A stretch of 64,000 bases of DNA, from positions 35,757 to 99,756 of the IMG/VR virus record IMGVR_UViG_3300011008_000027. One strand, 5' to 3'. The position numbers and the translations under genes are program-made. How positions within the stretch are numbered: the stretch's first letter is position 1; every line of letters starts with the position of its first letter. Below are positions 1-10,242 of the stretch, piece after piece. The notes under the pieces are model-generated. The model saw only the letters and a program-made list of their open reading frames with translations. It was not told the DNA's origin and ran no database searches. This stretch comes from a virus. Taxonomy: Duplodnaviria; Caudoviricetes.

Positions 1-17
1 TTCTTCCTTCTACCCAT
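1..17 (-). CDS. 5' end of a gene running off the window (MGRRK...)
   Basis: ATG at 17 preceded by AGAAAGGAAG RBS; early-type promoter motif at 72-90. Confidence 0.5.
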
Positions 18-71
18 AGTAAATCAACTTCCTTTCTCTAATGTATATTATGTAACTAACAGGTATCACTA

Positions 72-90
72 ATATGATATATTTTTGAAA
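72..90 (-). promoter_or_regulatory. putative early (virion-RNAP) promoter TTTCAAAAATATATCATAT
   Basis: Matches the motif repeated upstream of many accessory genes. Confidence 0.6.
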
Positions 91-129
91 GAAAAATAAG
101 AATAGCCTGCAACAGCTGTTCTTATTTGA

Positions 130-609
130 TTAATCAGATTTTGTTGATTTAAACATTATTTTTACGGATTTATCAATAGATACATTAATATCTTCATCGG
201 GATTATTAGCAATTAACTTACATAAATCTCTATTGAAGAATATACTAGCACCATATAAATAGTTATAGGTATCTGGTTCATTAATGTATATAAATTCTAT
301 TTCAGAGAATTGCTTATCAATTCCCCATAAAATAAATTGAATAATATCTCCGTATTTATATATATTATTAGATAATTTCACTTGTAATCTGAAAATGACA
401 TTATCTGTATTTGAGATATATTCTTTTAGGTCTCTCGAACTAATAATTTCATCATTTGTCATATTATTAATTTTACAATTAACCGGGTCTTCATAATAAC
501 TTCTTGGTATTATACACCGAGTTAATATTTTAGTCGACTTAAGACCTTTCCAAAATGATTTACTATTTAACTGATACTCTGAAGGATATATAGTTAAACA
601 ATTAAACAT
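130..609 (-). CDS. hypothetical protein
   Basis: ORF; start moved to ATG 609 behind GGAGGT; AACA-N6-TA at 645-656. Confidence 0.75.
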   Translation of the reverse strand: MFNCLTIYPSEYQLNSKSFWKGLKSTKILTRCIIPRSYYEDPVNCKINNMTNDEIISSRDLKEYISNTDNVIFRLQVKLSNNIYKYGDIIQFILWGIDKQFSEIEFIYINEPDTYNYLYGASIFFNRDLCKLIANNPDEDINVSIDKSVKIMFKSTKSD

Positions 610-673
610 ATTACCTTTTACCTCCTTCAAAGGTATTATAATAATATTTAATTGTTTAATATTAAATTTAATA

Positions 674-1111
674 TTACTTATTCTTGAGCTCTGCCTTTAT
701 CATTTCAATCATTTCTTTTTCTGATAAATCGGATGTGATTATAGTTTCTAATAATTTAGAATTTTTAGGAATCTGCTCTAATATATCTTTACATATCTCA
801 GCCGTTTTATCTAACTGAGAAAAAGAAGACATCATCTGTTTATGTATAATAGATACCTTATTAACTAAAGTATCATAGTTCTTCTTAGTAGCTTGATCAC
901 TTTCATCTACTTTATCTCTATAGTGTAATGCAGCTATTGCAGTTTTTAATAATAACATCGAACATGATTCATATATTGTATCAATGTTATTATTAAAATT
1001 ATCTATGAAAGTTTTAGTTGAACCGACTCCTTCGAGCTGTTTAAATAGTGTATTATTTATATTCTTATATACCGCTTTAAGGTCTTTATTATCATCAAAT
1101 TTCATTTCCAT
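674..1111 (-). CDS. hypothetical helical protein
   Basis: 145 aa ORF with AAGGAG RBS. Confidence 0.8.
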   Translation of the reverse strand: MEMKFDDNKDLKAVYKNINNTLFKQLEGVGSTKTFIDNFNNNIDTIYESCSMLLLKTAIAALHYRDKVDESDQATKKNYDTLVNKVSIIHKQMMSSFSQLDKTAEICKDILEQIPKNSKLLETIITSDLSEKEMIEMIKAELKNK

Positions 1112-1241
1112 ATATTAACCTTCTCCTTTCAGTATACTACAAAAAATGATTATGATAGAGATACTTATTTACATCATTAAATTTAAATTAGTTTTCTATA
1201 ATTTCATCTCTATCATAATCATATTTACTATTTGTTATATA

Positions 1242-3115
1242 TTAAATATTATTAAACTGCCAGAATCCTGTTAATTCATCTTTAGCCGGCATCATGTCTT
1301 TATTTACATTACCATTAATTCTGTCGATGTACATATTAAATCTCGGATTCATTGTAGTCATAAACTTCTTACCAAAATCCATACCGATGATTCTATACAC
1401 ATTCAGCTGCTATCATGTTAATTATCATACGATAATCGCTTCTTAGTTTTTACTAAGTTACAGACTATATCTTCAGTATTTCTACTGCCTACCGTTTCGA
1501 TTTAACTGGGATTATAATTCTTATTACGAATTACCAGACTATACACTTCGTATAGCTCTACTCTACTCCCTTCGTGTAATCATTTCAGATTACCTTATTT
1601 CTATTATAATATCGCTATCATAATAAGTTGGTTTCGATAGTCGTTGAACTCATATCTCATCATTTCAATGTGAGATACTTCGTTGCGTCGATTAACTCTA
1701 TTCTCAACTTTATTACTATATCTAAGGCTATTAACCTTTGCCATCACAATATTACTAATATAACTTAGTAGTTGAGACTTAACAAGCACTCCCCGCAATT
1801 AGGTAGGTTGGGAGACAAGCTTTTTATCTCCATCATAATCACCGGCTAATAACTTAAGTATCGAATTAGGAATAGTTAATGTCTTATCATTAATATTCTT
1901 TTTAACATTTATAACACGCATTCCTAAGAATGAACCAACATTAATAGATGGATTACGATTAATAATTACATTGACATATGCTTTATTTGTATCTATAATA
2001 TATTTCATAAGATTATAGAAAACATCATCATATGATACTAATGCCATTTTCCATTTATTCTGAGCATCTAATGGTGGGCAATCATGGAGTTTACTATAAA
2101 GATTTATTAGTTCATATCTAAATAATTCCATGAATGCTATATAACACAACTCAACTTGATCTGACCTTAAAAAACCCGAACCGGGAATAATAACATTACG
2201 CGCTGAAAAATTGTATCTTCCGGAAATCGTTTTACCTTGAATTACTCCTTTTTTGCCATCAAGTAAACTGAATATCTCTTGGAATAATTCATATATCTCA
2301 CTCTGTATTATACGTATATAACGATTAACTGTATTAAGAGTATTCCAATCCATATTTTCAGGAGCCCCGAGATTGTTAATAGAATTAACCGATCTTATAA
2401 TAGATTGATAAATAGTATTTATCTTCATCTTATATAACTTCTTTGTCTTTTCACCCGGAAGTTCCATTCTAAGTATGGATGATATTACAGGTATTGATGA
2501 AGTAAATACTTTATATTTATCCATTTTAAGTTCTTTAAAGAGCTTAGCCTTTTTAACTTTTCTCTTTGCATAAAAGTCAAGCACTTCATCATAATGCTCA
2601 TAGAACCATATCATACCCTTTTTAATAAAAGGGTGTTTCTTCAATTCTTTCTCTTCCTTTTCTGAATATACAATTTCATTTTCAGAATCGAAATCAACAG
2701 CAAGAATCTTATTTAATACACTTTCACCGTTAGAAGAACCCAATGCATCTGTAAGCTTAGCTGTATATATAGGTGATATAACTTTAAAATGATTCAAAAC
2801 TATCCAACCTGTTTTGCTAAGATCGATATCAACAAATTCGACTGGGGTTCCACATTCTTCACATATGTGACCCGCAAATGCAAGTCCAATATATTTCTTA
2901 CATTGACAAGACCATCTTTCCGAATGTTGTTCATCGTCCGCAAAATCTGAACCGAAAAATGGACTTTGTAAACCGTGCATATTCTTCTGACCTTTTTTAT
3001 CATATGCATCAACCTCATTGATTAAAATGCCTTTACCTGATAATAGGTCAATGGATCTCTCAATGTCTAAATCTAATTTATCGACGTGCATCTCCACGAT
3101 ATTAGTTTCAAACAT
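1242..3115 (-). CDS. rpoC: RNA polymerase beta' N-terminal/catalytic subunit (probably non-virion RNAP), spliced: exon1 3115-1826, exon2 1409-1242, ~485 aa
   Basis: Zn motif CQC..CEEC, GKKG..GRYNFSARNVI, NRNPS; splicing restores AGDYDGD|QLN (NADFDGDQM equivalent); exon2 open for 55 aa. Confidence 0.92.
1410..1825 (-). mobile_element. group I intron (IA2-like, no ORF), 416 nt
   Basis: P1 GGAGAU/GUCUCC with U.G; P AAUUGCGGGGA, Q AAUCGACGCAAC, R UUCAACGACUA, S GAAGAUAUAGUCUG; terminal G at 1410; in-frame ligation. Confidence 0.93.
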
Positions 3116-3188
3116 CCAATCACTCCCTTTAAATAATTTAAATACACTAATGATGTGTTGCCACCAAAATAAGATATAAATCAAATTT

Positions 3189-3228
3189 AAGATAATTAGT
3201 ATACATTATATAGTATACTAATTATCTT
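3189..3228. terminator. intergenic hairpin, probable terminator
   Basis: AAGATAATTAGTATAC...GTATACTAATTATCTT just downstream of the stop at 3234. Confidence 0.65.
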
Positions 3229-3233
3229 TTTTA

Positions 3234-4852
3234 TTACATTAACAAATCATCAGGGTCTACTTCATCAAGTTTAACTTTAGCTACATGAAAACGCTTCATG
3301 TTCATGTTCATGAGTCCATTCGGTATTGTAACTGTAGTCGAACCTGCATTATATAAATTGAAGTAATTAAATATTTCCCCCGCACATTTATTACATATTT
3401 TCTTTCCCGTACAGAATAGAGGAGATCTCTTATGTACGACTTTACCTACATAACTATCTATATTATCATCATTGAGTAAGACATTTTTATCTCCCTCTAT
3501 TATATAAGAATATAAAAAATCTTTTTTATTAAATGATGTAACTTTCTGTTCTAATGTAGTTTTAGTCTTACAATCAGAACCTTTTTCATCTATTACTATT
3601 GATTGAAAAGCCGCATAGAACTTTTTGGTGAAATAACCACCCTATTTATGTTAATTATCATACGATAATCGCTTCTTTATTCACATAAAGTTACAGACTA
3701 TATCTTCAATACTTTCGTATTGCCTACCGTTTCGATTTAACTGGGTTTACATTACCTTATTACGGCTTAACACCAGACCATAAACATTTATATGGTTCTA
3801 CTCTACTCCCTTATTATTTATGGTTTCGATAGTCGTTGAACTCATACCTTATCACAATATAAGATACTTCGCTGCGTCGATTAACTCTATTCTCAACTTT
3901 ATTACTATATCTAAGGCTATTAACCTTCGCCACTATTATATTGCTATAATAGTTTAGTAGTTGAGACTTAACAAGCACTCCCCGCAATTAGATAGGTTTT
4001 ATAAGGACAATGATATTTATCCTTAGTTCCGACAGCTTTAGGGAATCCTGCATTAACTACTATATTACCAGCTATCGGAAGATCTTTCTTAGCTATTCCT
4101 TCTATATAGTTTGACTCCATCATATCATATTTTCCCGTTGCAGGATTCTGCATTGCTCCAACCATAACATTACAGTTTTTAAAGTCATTCTCAAATGAAC
4201 CTCTACCACCAGAATAATATAAGTACATTCCCGGATCATCTTTTATTAAATCGGCATTAAGTGCAACTAAGTCATCTTCAAGTTGAACTATCTTATCAAG
4301 AGGAACTTCATCACCATATTCTTTACGTAATGCAGCTACTCGCTTCTTTTTCTCTTCCATTACTTTAGGATGAGCAGTAGCTACTGCTTTTGTAAATGCA
4401 GGTGAAAATGTTATAGCAAGTTTTAATCCCCAAAATTCTACTTCTTTCACTACTCTTTGTACTACTTCCATAGTTATCTTTTTATTTACTACAGCAGGAA
4501 ATAACAAACCTAAAAAATCTGAATATGTCTTTTTATTTATTACATCCGGATTATAAAATCCATCCGGTACTATATGTGATATTTCATTCTTTTCTACTAT
4601 AATCTTATTAAATAGAAATATCCCCGGGGTGGTAATTATATCTTTAGTATTAATATATTCCCTTGCCTTAAGAGTTATCTTTCTATTCTTAGGAAGTATA
4701 GGTTCAGTCTGTTCTCCGGTTTTTACATTCATAGTAGTGCCAAAAAGTTTATTTATATCTTTAACAGTAACAGTTTTAGGATCGATATCAAATAGCATCT
4801 TTTTAAAATTATCTTCTAATTCAGTAGTTCTTTCTTTGGCTAATAATGGCAT
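3234..4852 (-). CDS. rpoC: RNA polymerase beta' middle subunit (bridge helix, Zn site, trigger loop; probably virion RNAP), spliced: exon1 4852-4019, exon2 3641-3234, ~413 aa
   Basis: SGGRGS, SNYIEG; splicing gives KAVGTKD|GGYFTKKF (cf. ALKTANSGYLTRRL), then RSPLFC..CNKC and MKRFH (cf. MRTFH). Confidence 0.92.
3642..4018 (-). mobile_element. group I intron (IA2-like, no ORF), 377 nt, paralog of 1410-1825
   Basis: P1 UAAGGAU/GUCCUUA with U.G; same P/Q/R/S elements; terminal G at 3642; P10 AUCAUU/GGUGGU; in-frame ligation. Confidence 0.93.
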
Positions 4853-4855
4853 TCA

Positions 4856-5707
4856 TTACACCTCCTGACTACATTTTAATCCCTTAAGATAACATAATAT
4901 ATCCTGATCAAATAAAGTAATATCTTCACAGTATGCATCAACTAATGTAATTATACATTTAAAGAGTACATATACAGTTAGTATTACATTAGATGCTATA
5001 GTGCAATAATCCTTATTAAGAAATTCTCCATTAGATCTATGCTTTAGATAATCAATCTTTTCAATTGTATTATCTATAAGATAATCTAACCATATAGCCT
5101 TTATCTTAATTATTTCATTTTGTATCAATTCGATTTCCTTTGCATTATCATTAGATATAGTATTTATTTGATTGAGACTATCTCTAATCATTGTATTCCT
5201 AATTCTATCGACTGTATTATCAGTATTATTATTTTTTTGGAGGAAATTAAATCTACATTCATTATTCCATTTATTAATAAATTGACTCAGTATATTAGTT
5301 ATATACAAATTCAATTCAACTGATAACTGATTATTAGCATCTATAAAAGATTTATCTTTCATAAGCCTCGGTATGTCACTATATACTTTATAAAAAGAAT
5401 CTTTAAGTATATTAGTAATAGTAGGTATTATCCTTGTATTATAATACTTTATATCCTCTTCTTTTATTAATGGAGATATTCTATTAGATTCTAATAGATT
5501 ACTAACCAAATTTTTTTGATTAGCGAGAGATGAGTTTGTAAGAATGTATACAGAAGATAATCTTGCAGCTACACGTTCAAATTCACTCTGAATCATTGTC
5601 TTTGTTTTATATAACTCTTTCTTTATATCTTCTGATAGATCTTCTGTTGTAATGAAAAATTTATCTGGATATGTACTCAATATATCCAATAATTCATTTA
5701 TATTCAT
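4856..5707 (-). CDS. hypothetical protein between RNAP genes
   Basis: 283 aa ORF, GGAGGTGG RBS, tightly packed. Confidence 0.8.
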   Translation of the reverse strand: MNINELLDILSTYPDKFFITTEDLSEDIKKELYKTKTMIQSEFERVAARLSSVYILTNSSLANQKNLVSNLLESNRISPLIKEEDIKYYNTRIIPTITNILKDSFYKVYSDIPRLMKDKSFIDANNQLSVELNLYITNILSQFINKWNNECRFNFLQKNNNTDNTVDRIRNTMIRDSLNQINTISNDNAKEIELIQNEIIKIKAIWLDYLIDNTIEKIDYLKHRSNGEFLNKDYCTIASNVILTVYVLFKCIITLVDAYCEDITLFDQDILCYLKGLKCSQEV

Positions 5708-5724
5708 ATTCAGTCCACCTCCTT

Positions 5725-7518
5725 TTAATAAACCGACATGCTATAATAGCATACTAATAATTCATTTTTAATAAATCTAACCATATTACCATTTATTCTA
5801 AAATAATTAGCAATACCATTAGACAATCTTTCAGCTTCTATATTAGCTTCATCAGAGAATACCATTTTCAATGCAACTGTATCTCCATCATAGTCAGCAC
5901 CCATTGTATCGAGATATAAGTTAGACATGTTAACTGTATCATTGAATATTGTATTCATATTATCAGGAGAAGTTTTAAGATCTATCATGGGATAGTTCTT
6001 AAATATCATCTTATCATATTCTACTCTCATAGTTTTAAGTGTAGATAATACAAATATTTTACTTGGAAACATAGAAAGATAATCAGTAATAGGATATCTA
6101 CATATGTATACATATTTATCTTTCAATGCAATCGCTGAAGCAAGATATAACAAGTCAGTCCATGTAAAGTATCTATCACCTATAGCAGATTTATTCATCT
6201 TATCATCTTTAAGAAAATCTGCAGCATGAACTCGTAGCATTCCACCACTCTTCAATGGTAACTCAACCGGTTCAAATCTTGAGCTGAATGTCTTGGTATA
6301 TAAAGATATTTTCTTGGTAATAAATTCCTGATTAAAATATTCTCGTGGATTATCAAGTTCAACAAATTTTCGAGTACCATCAGGCATCAATGTCGGGTAT
6401 TTATTTCCATATTTATATTCAAAATTTTCAGCTACAAAATCACTTATCCATTTAAGTACAAATGGAAATCCTAATGAGCAGCATTGTGCTATAGGTATTC
6501 CTGTATGTTGCATATCAATGTTTATTTCAGATGGATTTTTTAATCCTGACATAAGAGGAACTGAGATAACTGATCTTGATCCATAATCCGGGTTCTTACC
6601 AAGTATTGCTTTATGAAAGAAACCATTTTTCATACTAATTAATGACTGACCATATTTTCTTATTTGAACTAATGTAGATTGTATTCTATATTGTGTAACA
6701 TTTCCTACCGAACCTATTAATTCATCACCATTAGAATTAGCATAACTAATAAGTTTATCATAGAAATCATTTATCTCATTAATCTGAGTTCTGGAAGATG
6801 AATGCTCTATATCTCTGTATATTACAGGTATTACTATATATTTAGTAATGAATATAGATCCGTCTTTTATAATTGATTCAATAAAATCAAGTCTTTCATC
6901 TCTTATACGAGAAGTATTTCTTTCAAACTGCAATTTATGGAAATTCTCTATTAGCCAGATTAAACCTGTATCTGCACTATCAAAAAAGTCATCAGGATCT
7001 GATTCTTTAGCAACTAGTTTTCCATCTTTAATCTCCCACGATCCTTCTCCTTTAGCACATTTATCTATTTTAGCATCTAATTTAACAAGTATTTCATATG
7101 CATAAGGGTGAAAAAATTTCCCTCCGAGATCGATATAAGCACAATTGTTAGTTCTTTCCTCTTTAGTAGATCCAAATATTTCTATAGAAAATACACCATT
7201 AGGTGATGGAGTTCCTTCTCTATCAAATGGGATAGACGATGATACTCTTGGTAAACCCGCATCTTCTATCATTTTATCCGTAACAAGATCTACTTTCATA
7301 TGATCATGTCGTACAGTTTTAAGTTTATCAAAAAGACCAACATCAGAGTTATTTTCAGCTTCATAAACTGCCATTTGATCTATTTCTCTTATAAAATCTA
7401 TAGCTTCGGATTTAAGATGCGGGGCATCGTTATATAAGCTTTCTAATAGAGCTTCAAAGATTCTATTATTATTTTCGATTTCATTAAAACTTCTATCTAG
7501 TTTATAATCCAATTGCAT
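5725..7518 (-). CDS. rpoC: RNA polymerase beta' N-terminal/catalytic subunit (probably virion RNAP) with ~55-70 aa acidic N-terminal extension
   Basis: GVFSIEIFG, ILGKNPDYGSRSVI, CRYPI, MGADYDGDT catalytic motif. Confidence 0.92.
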   Translation of the reverse strand: MQLDYKLDRSFNEIENNNRIFEALLESLYNDAPHLKSEAIDFIREIDQMAVYEAENNSDVGLFDKLKTVRHDHMKVDLVTDKMIEDAGLPRVSSSIPFDREGTPSPNGVFSIEIFGSTKEERTNNCAYIDLGGKFFHPYAYEILVKLDAKIDKCAKGEGSWEIKDGKLVAKESDPDDFFDSADTGLIWLIENFHKLQFERNTSRIRDERLDFIESIIKDGSIFITKYIVIPVIYRDIEHSSSRTQINEINDFYDKLISYANSNGDELIGSVGNVTQYRIQSTLVQIRKYGQSLISMKNGFFHKAILGKNPDYGSRSVISVPLMSGLKNPSEINIDMQHTGIPIAQCCSLGFPFVLKWISDFVAENFEYKYGNKYPTLMPDGTRKFVELDNPREYFNQEFITKKISLYTKTFSSRFEPVELPLKSGGMLRVHAADFLKDDKMNKSAIGDRYFTWTDLLYLASAIALKDKYVYICRYPITDYLSMFPSKIFVLSTLKTMRVEYDKMIFKNYPMIDLKTSPDNMNTIFNDTVNMSNLYLDTMGADYDGDTVALKMVFSDEANIEAERLSNGIANYFRINGNMVRFIKNELLVCYYSMSVY

Positions 7519-7559
7519 TAAATCTACTCTCCTTTCTACATATTATGAATCATTAAAAA

Positions 7560-7596
7560 AATGTCGTATAGAGTTATAAAATCTCTATACGACATT
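7560..7596. terminator. intergenic hairpin
   Basis: AATGTCGTATAGAG...CTCTATACGACATT. Confidence 0.6.
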
Positions 7597-7606
7597 ATAT
7601 ATTGCA

Positions 7607-7870
7607 TTAAAACTTATAATCATACCTTTTAGGATTGCCTTTTTTATTGACAGTCCCATTTATCGCGAAAGTTATTACATTAGTCTCAAAATCTATTACA
7701 CAGTCTATATTTTTAATAGTTTTAAAAGAACTATTAAGTTCACTACATAATGAATTGAAGTTATTGTAATTCTCACCCATCAATGAATTAAATTTCGTTT
7801 CATCAACTGAGTTTTTGTCTTCCGCCGATTTGGTTGACATATTAAATACATCAATCTTATTGACTTCCAT
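7607..7870 (-). CDS. hypothetical protein
   Basis: 87 aa ORF with GAGGTG RBS. Confidence 0.75.
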   Translation of the reverse strand: MEVNKIDVFNMSTKSAEDKNSVDETKFNSLMGENYNNFNSLCSELNSSFKTIKNIDCVIDFETNVITFAINGTVNKKGNPKRYDYKF

Positions 7871-7892
7871 TACATCACCTCAATTAATCATA

Positions 7893-8096
7893 TTAAAATA
7901 ATCTTGGATATTTTCCATTAGGATATTTTCTCTTCTTAAGCTCTATATAAGACTCTTGAAGATATGATAACTCTTTATAAGTATGAGTATAGATATCTTC
8001 AAGAGTTATTAAACCATCCAAACTATCCAAAAGTTCAACCACATAGTCGTAGTATTCTTTTACTGTTCGATCTGATATGTTGAACCCGGAAGTGTT
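7893..8096 (-). CDS. -1 frameshift extension (67 aa) of the 8060..9664 gene; resembles tail-chaperone 'GT' C-termini
   Basis: Slippery T TTT TTA at 8102-8096; -1 frame open NTSGFNISDRTVKEYYDYVVELLDSLDGLITLEDIYTHTYKELSYLQESY... to TAA 7895-7893; fills an otherwise empty gap with no clear RBS. Confidence 0.72.
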   Translation of the reverse strand, partial: NTSGFNISDRTVKEYYDYVVELLDSLDGLITLEDIYTHTYKELSYLQESYIELKKRKYPNGKYPRLF

Positions 8097-9664
8097 AAAA
8101 AAAGCATATCGTTGGTACCAAGAGGAATAGTTCTTTCATAACCACATGCACTACATCTTGTAGTAATTCTAAATCTAGCTCTAAAACTATAATCTCTTAC
8201 TTGCTGAGTAATAAGATCAATTTCATACTGAGGCAACCTCTGGAATATATCAAAAAGTTCACTTATAGGCTTATAATCTGCATATTTTGTTAGTGCAAGA
8301 TCTGGATTCGCCTCAAGTTCCTTCTCTATTTCTTCATCATAACCAAATGCAATATATTCATCACCATTCTTTATACCTATACAGCTAATGAAGAGAAGGT
8401 ATGATGCTACATCATTCATTACATTATCAGTTTCATCAATCTGACTATAAATTGTAAGTGCTTTTCCAAGACTCGGTGTTTCGATATCATATATATTACC
8501 GGTTTCATTACTCATAAAACGAGTAATCTTACATGAGTCTTCTGCAAGATTAGTCAGATACGATACATTATTCCTATTAGTAAGGATATCATCTATTCTC
8601 TTTTTATACTTATCATCAAATGAATTAGGATCAAGAAGAGCTTTTATATTATAATGATCCTTATAAGTCGTTTGACACTGAGTTCTTACACAAGTAAATT
8701 CAGATGTGATATCTTCTCTTGAAGATGCTACAAATATACCATAGAGTCCCATGTCAATATCAAGGAATCTATACTTATTTACAAATTCTGCATATGATAA
8801 TGATGCATTACCTCTATCATCAAATTTAGAAATAGAAGCAGAACCCATAAAACATCCATAAAGTATAGAAGCTTGCTTTCTAATTATATTATAGAAAGAA
8901 TCTGTTATTTTACCATTTTCATCTCTTTCGAGAGCAAGACCCCTAAGAACTGATGTCTGAGCACCTTTGAATTCTGCAAAATCACCAAGTGCAGGAAGAG
9001 GAACTGAATATCTTGCGATTGACTTTTCAACTCTTCTAAGTATATTAACTTTATCAAGTCTTTTATATTTAGAGAACTTAATTGTTTTAAGAGAATCATC
9101 TTTAACAGCTACAAGTTTAACTGCATCCGCTTTTACAAGTTTCTCTTTAACTGCATCAGTAAATTCAATCTTTTCAACATCTTTATCTTGTGCCTTAATA
9201 GTAACTATGTATGGCTCTTCCGATTTAGGTTCAGAAGCAGGTTGTGTATCAGGTTCTTTATTGGCAGCTTGATTCTCTGGTGAAAATCTTTTATTAGCAG
9301 CTTCTTCAGCTTCTGCAACAGTCATTCCATACTCCCTCAAAAGAGTTCTTACATATTCCTTTCTCTCTTCGATTTTACTATCAGCTGCTACAGAAGTAGA
9401 TGAATTATTATTGTTAATAACAAACTTTGGTCCTCCGGATTTTGTATTTCTTACATTAGTACTTTCTTGTATAGGACTTACATCATCACTCATAACAAAA
9501 ACTTCTTCTTCATCATCATCTTCAGTAATAACTGTCATTGAATTCATTTCAGGAGTTACAGCATTTTCAATATCGTGTTTTACTGTTTGCTCAAGAAGAT
9601 CATTACCGGATTTATCGAACTCAGCTTTTGTATTTTTAGCTAATTCCATTAACTTATCATCCAT
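8060..9664 (-). CDS. baseplate-hub/tail assembly chaperone-like protein (T4 gp26/gp51-like, two Cys pairs)
   Basis: FTCVRTQC and RCSACG motifs; next to a gp25-like gene; ends with a slippery site. Confidence 0.6.
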   Translation of the reverse strand: MDDKLMELAKNTKAEFDKSGNDLLEQTVKHDIENAVTPEMNSMTVITEDDDEEEVFVMSDDVSPIQESTNVRNTKSGGPKFVINNNNSSTSVAADSKIEERKEYVRTLLREYGMTVAEAEEAANKRFSPENQAANKEPDTQPASEPKSEEPYIVTIKAQDKDVEKIEFTDAVKEKLVKADAVKLVAVKDDSLKTIKFSKYKRLDKVNILRRVEKSIARYSVPLPALGDFAEFKGAQTSVLRGLALERDENGKITDSFYNIIRKQASILYGCFMGSASISKFDDRGNASLSYAEFVNKYRFLDIDMGLYGIFVASSREDITSEFTCVRTQCQTTYKDHYNIKALLDPNSFDDKYKKRIDDILTNRNNVSYLTNLAEDSCKITRFMSNETGNIYDIETPSLGKALTIYSQIDETDNVMNDVASYLLFISCIGIKNGDEYIAFGYDEEIEKELEANPDLALTKYADYKPISELFDIFQRLPQYEIDLITQQVRDYSFRARFRITTRCSACGYERTIPLGTNDMLFLTLPGSTYQIEQ

Positions 9665-9712
9665 AATATGCGTTTCATTCCCTTCTTATTTTTATTTAAC
9701 GATTATATTATG

Positions 9713-10123
9713 TTACATACTTACAGCAAAATCGATTATATTATCTTTTTGCCTAGATGCAACTGCAACTGTCTCTAATCCCCCGGTATTGAAAGTGAAT
9801 ACGAATATGATATATGCATTTTTATCATCACTCTTATCTACTAATTCAATATCTTCTAAAGGTATATCGGGTAAATAAATAGATACTTGACGTCGAATTT
9901 CGTCAACTAATCCATTTTTTATATCATCTATAAATGCATATTCGTATCTACCAATTCCAACACCCATTTCTGGAATCGATGGATATGTCCCGGGATTCAT
10001 AAGCATTAATGCACATATTTGATTTGCCCATGCTTCCTTACCCGAGTATTCGGTAGGTTTATTGAATAGATTGATATTTAAGCTTAATTCTTTCTTTTCT
10101 GCTTCATATCTTTTTCTAGCCAT
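9713..10123 (-). CDS. baseplate wedge protein, GPW/gp25-like
   Basis: Q..L.LMNPG.YP..PEMGVGI pattern, 136 aa. Confidence 0.75.
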   Translation of the reverse strand: MARKRYEAEKKELSLNINLFNKPTEYSGKEAWANQICALMLMNPGTYPSIPEMGVGIGRYEYAFIDDIKNGLVDEIRRQVSIYLPDIPLEDIELVDKSDDKNAYIIFVFTFNTGGLETVAVASRQKDNIIDFAVSM

Positions 10124-10173
10124 TTAATATCACCTTCCTATTTTTATAACTAAGTATCTCGGATTAAAAATTT

Positions 10174-10227
10174 AATACTGTTAGATGAAAAATTCCTTTT
10201 TAATACGGGAATTCATCTAACAGTATT
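10174..10227. terminator. long intergenic hairpin
   Basis: AATACTGTTAGATGAA...TTCATCTAACAGTATT. Confidence 0.6.
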
Positions 10228-10242
10228 TAGTTCATTAACAGA

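Noticed and set aside
1604-1798. 64 aa ORF inside intron 1 as a homing endonuclease
   Set aside because: Overlaps the ribozyme core (P/Q/R), has no RBS and no HNH/GIY-YIG/LAGLIDADG motif
1799-4018. ORF-track C-termini KKLVSQPT and KYHCPY...GSAC read as real protein ends or intein ends
   Set aside because: They are read-through into intron sequence; splicing restores conserved RNAP motifs
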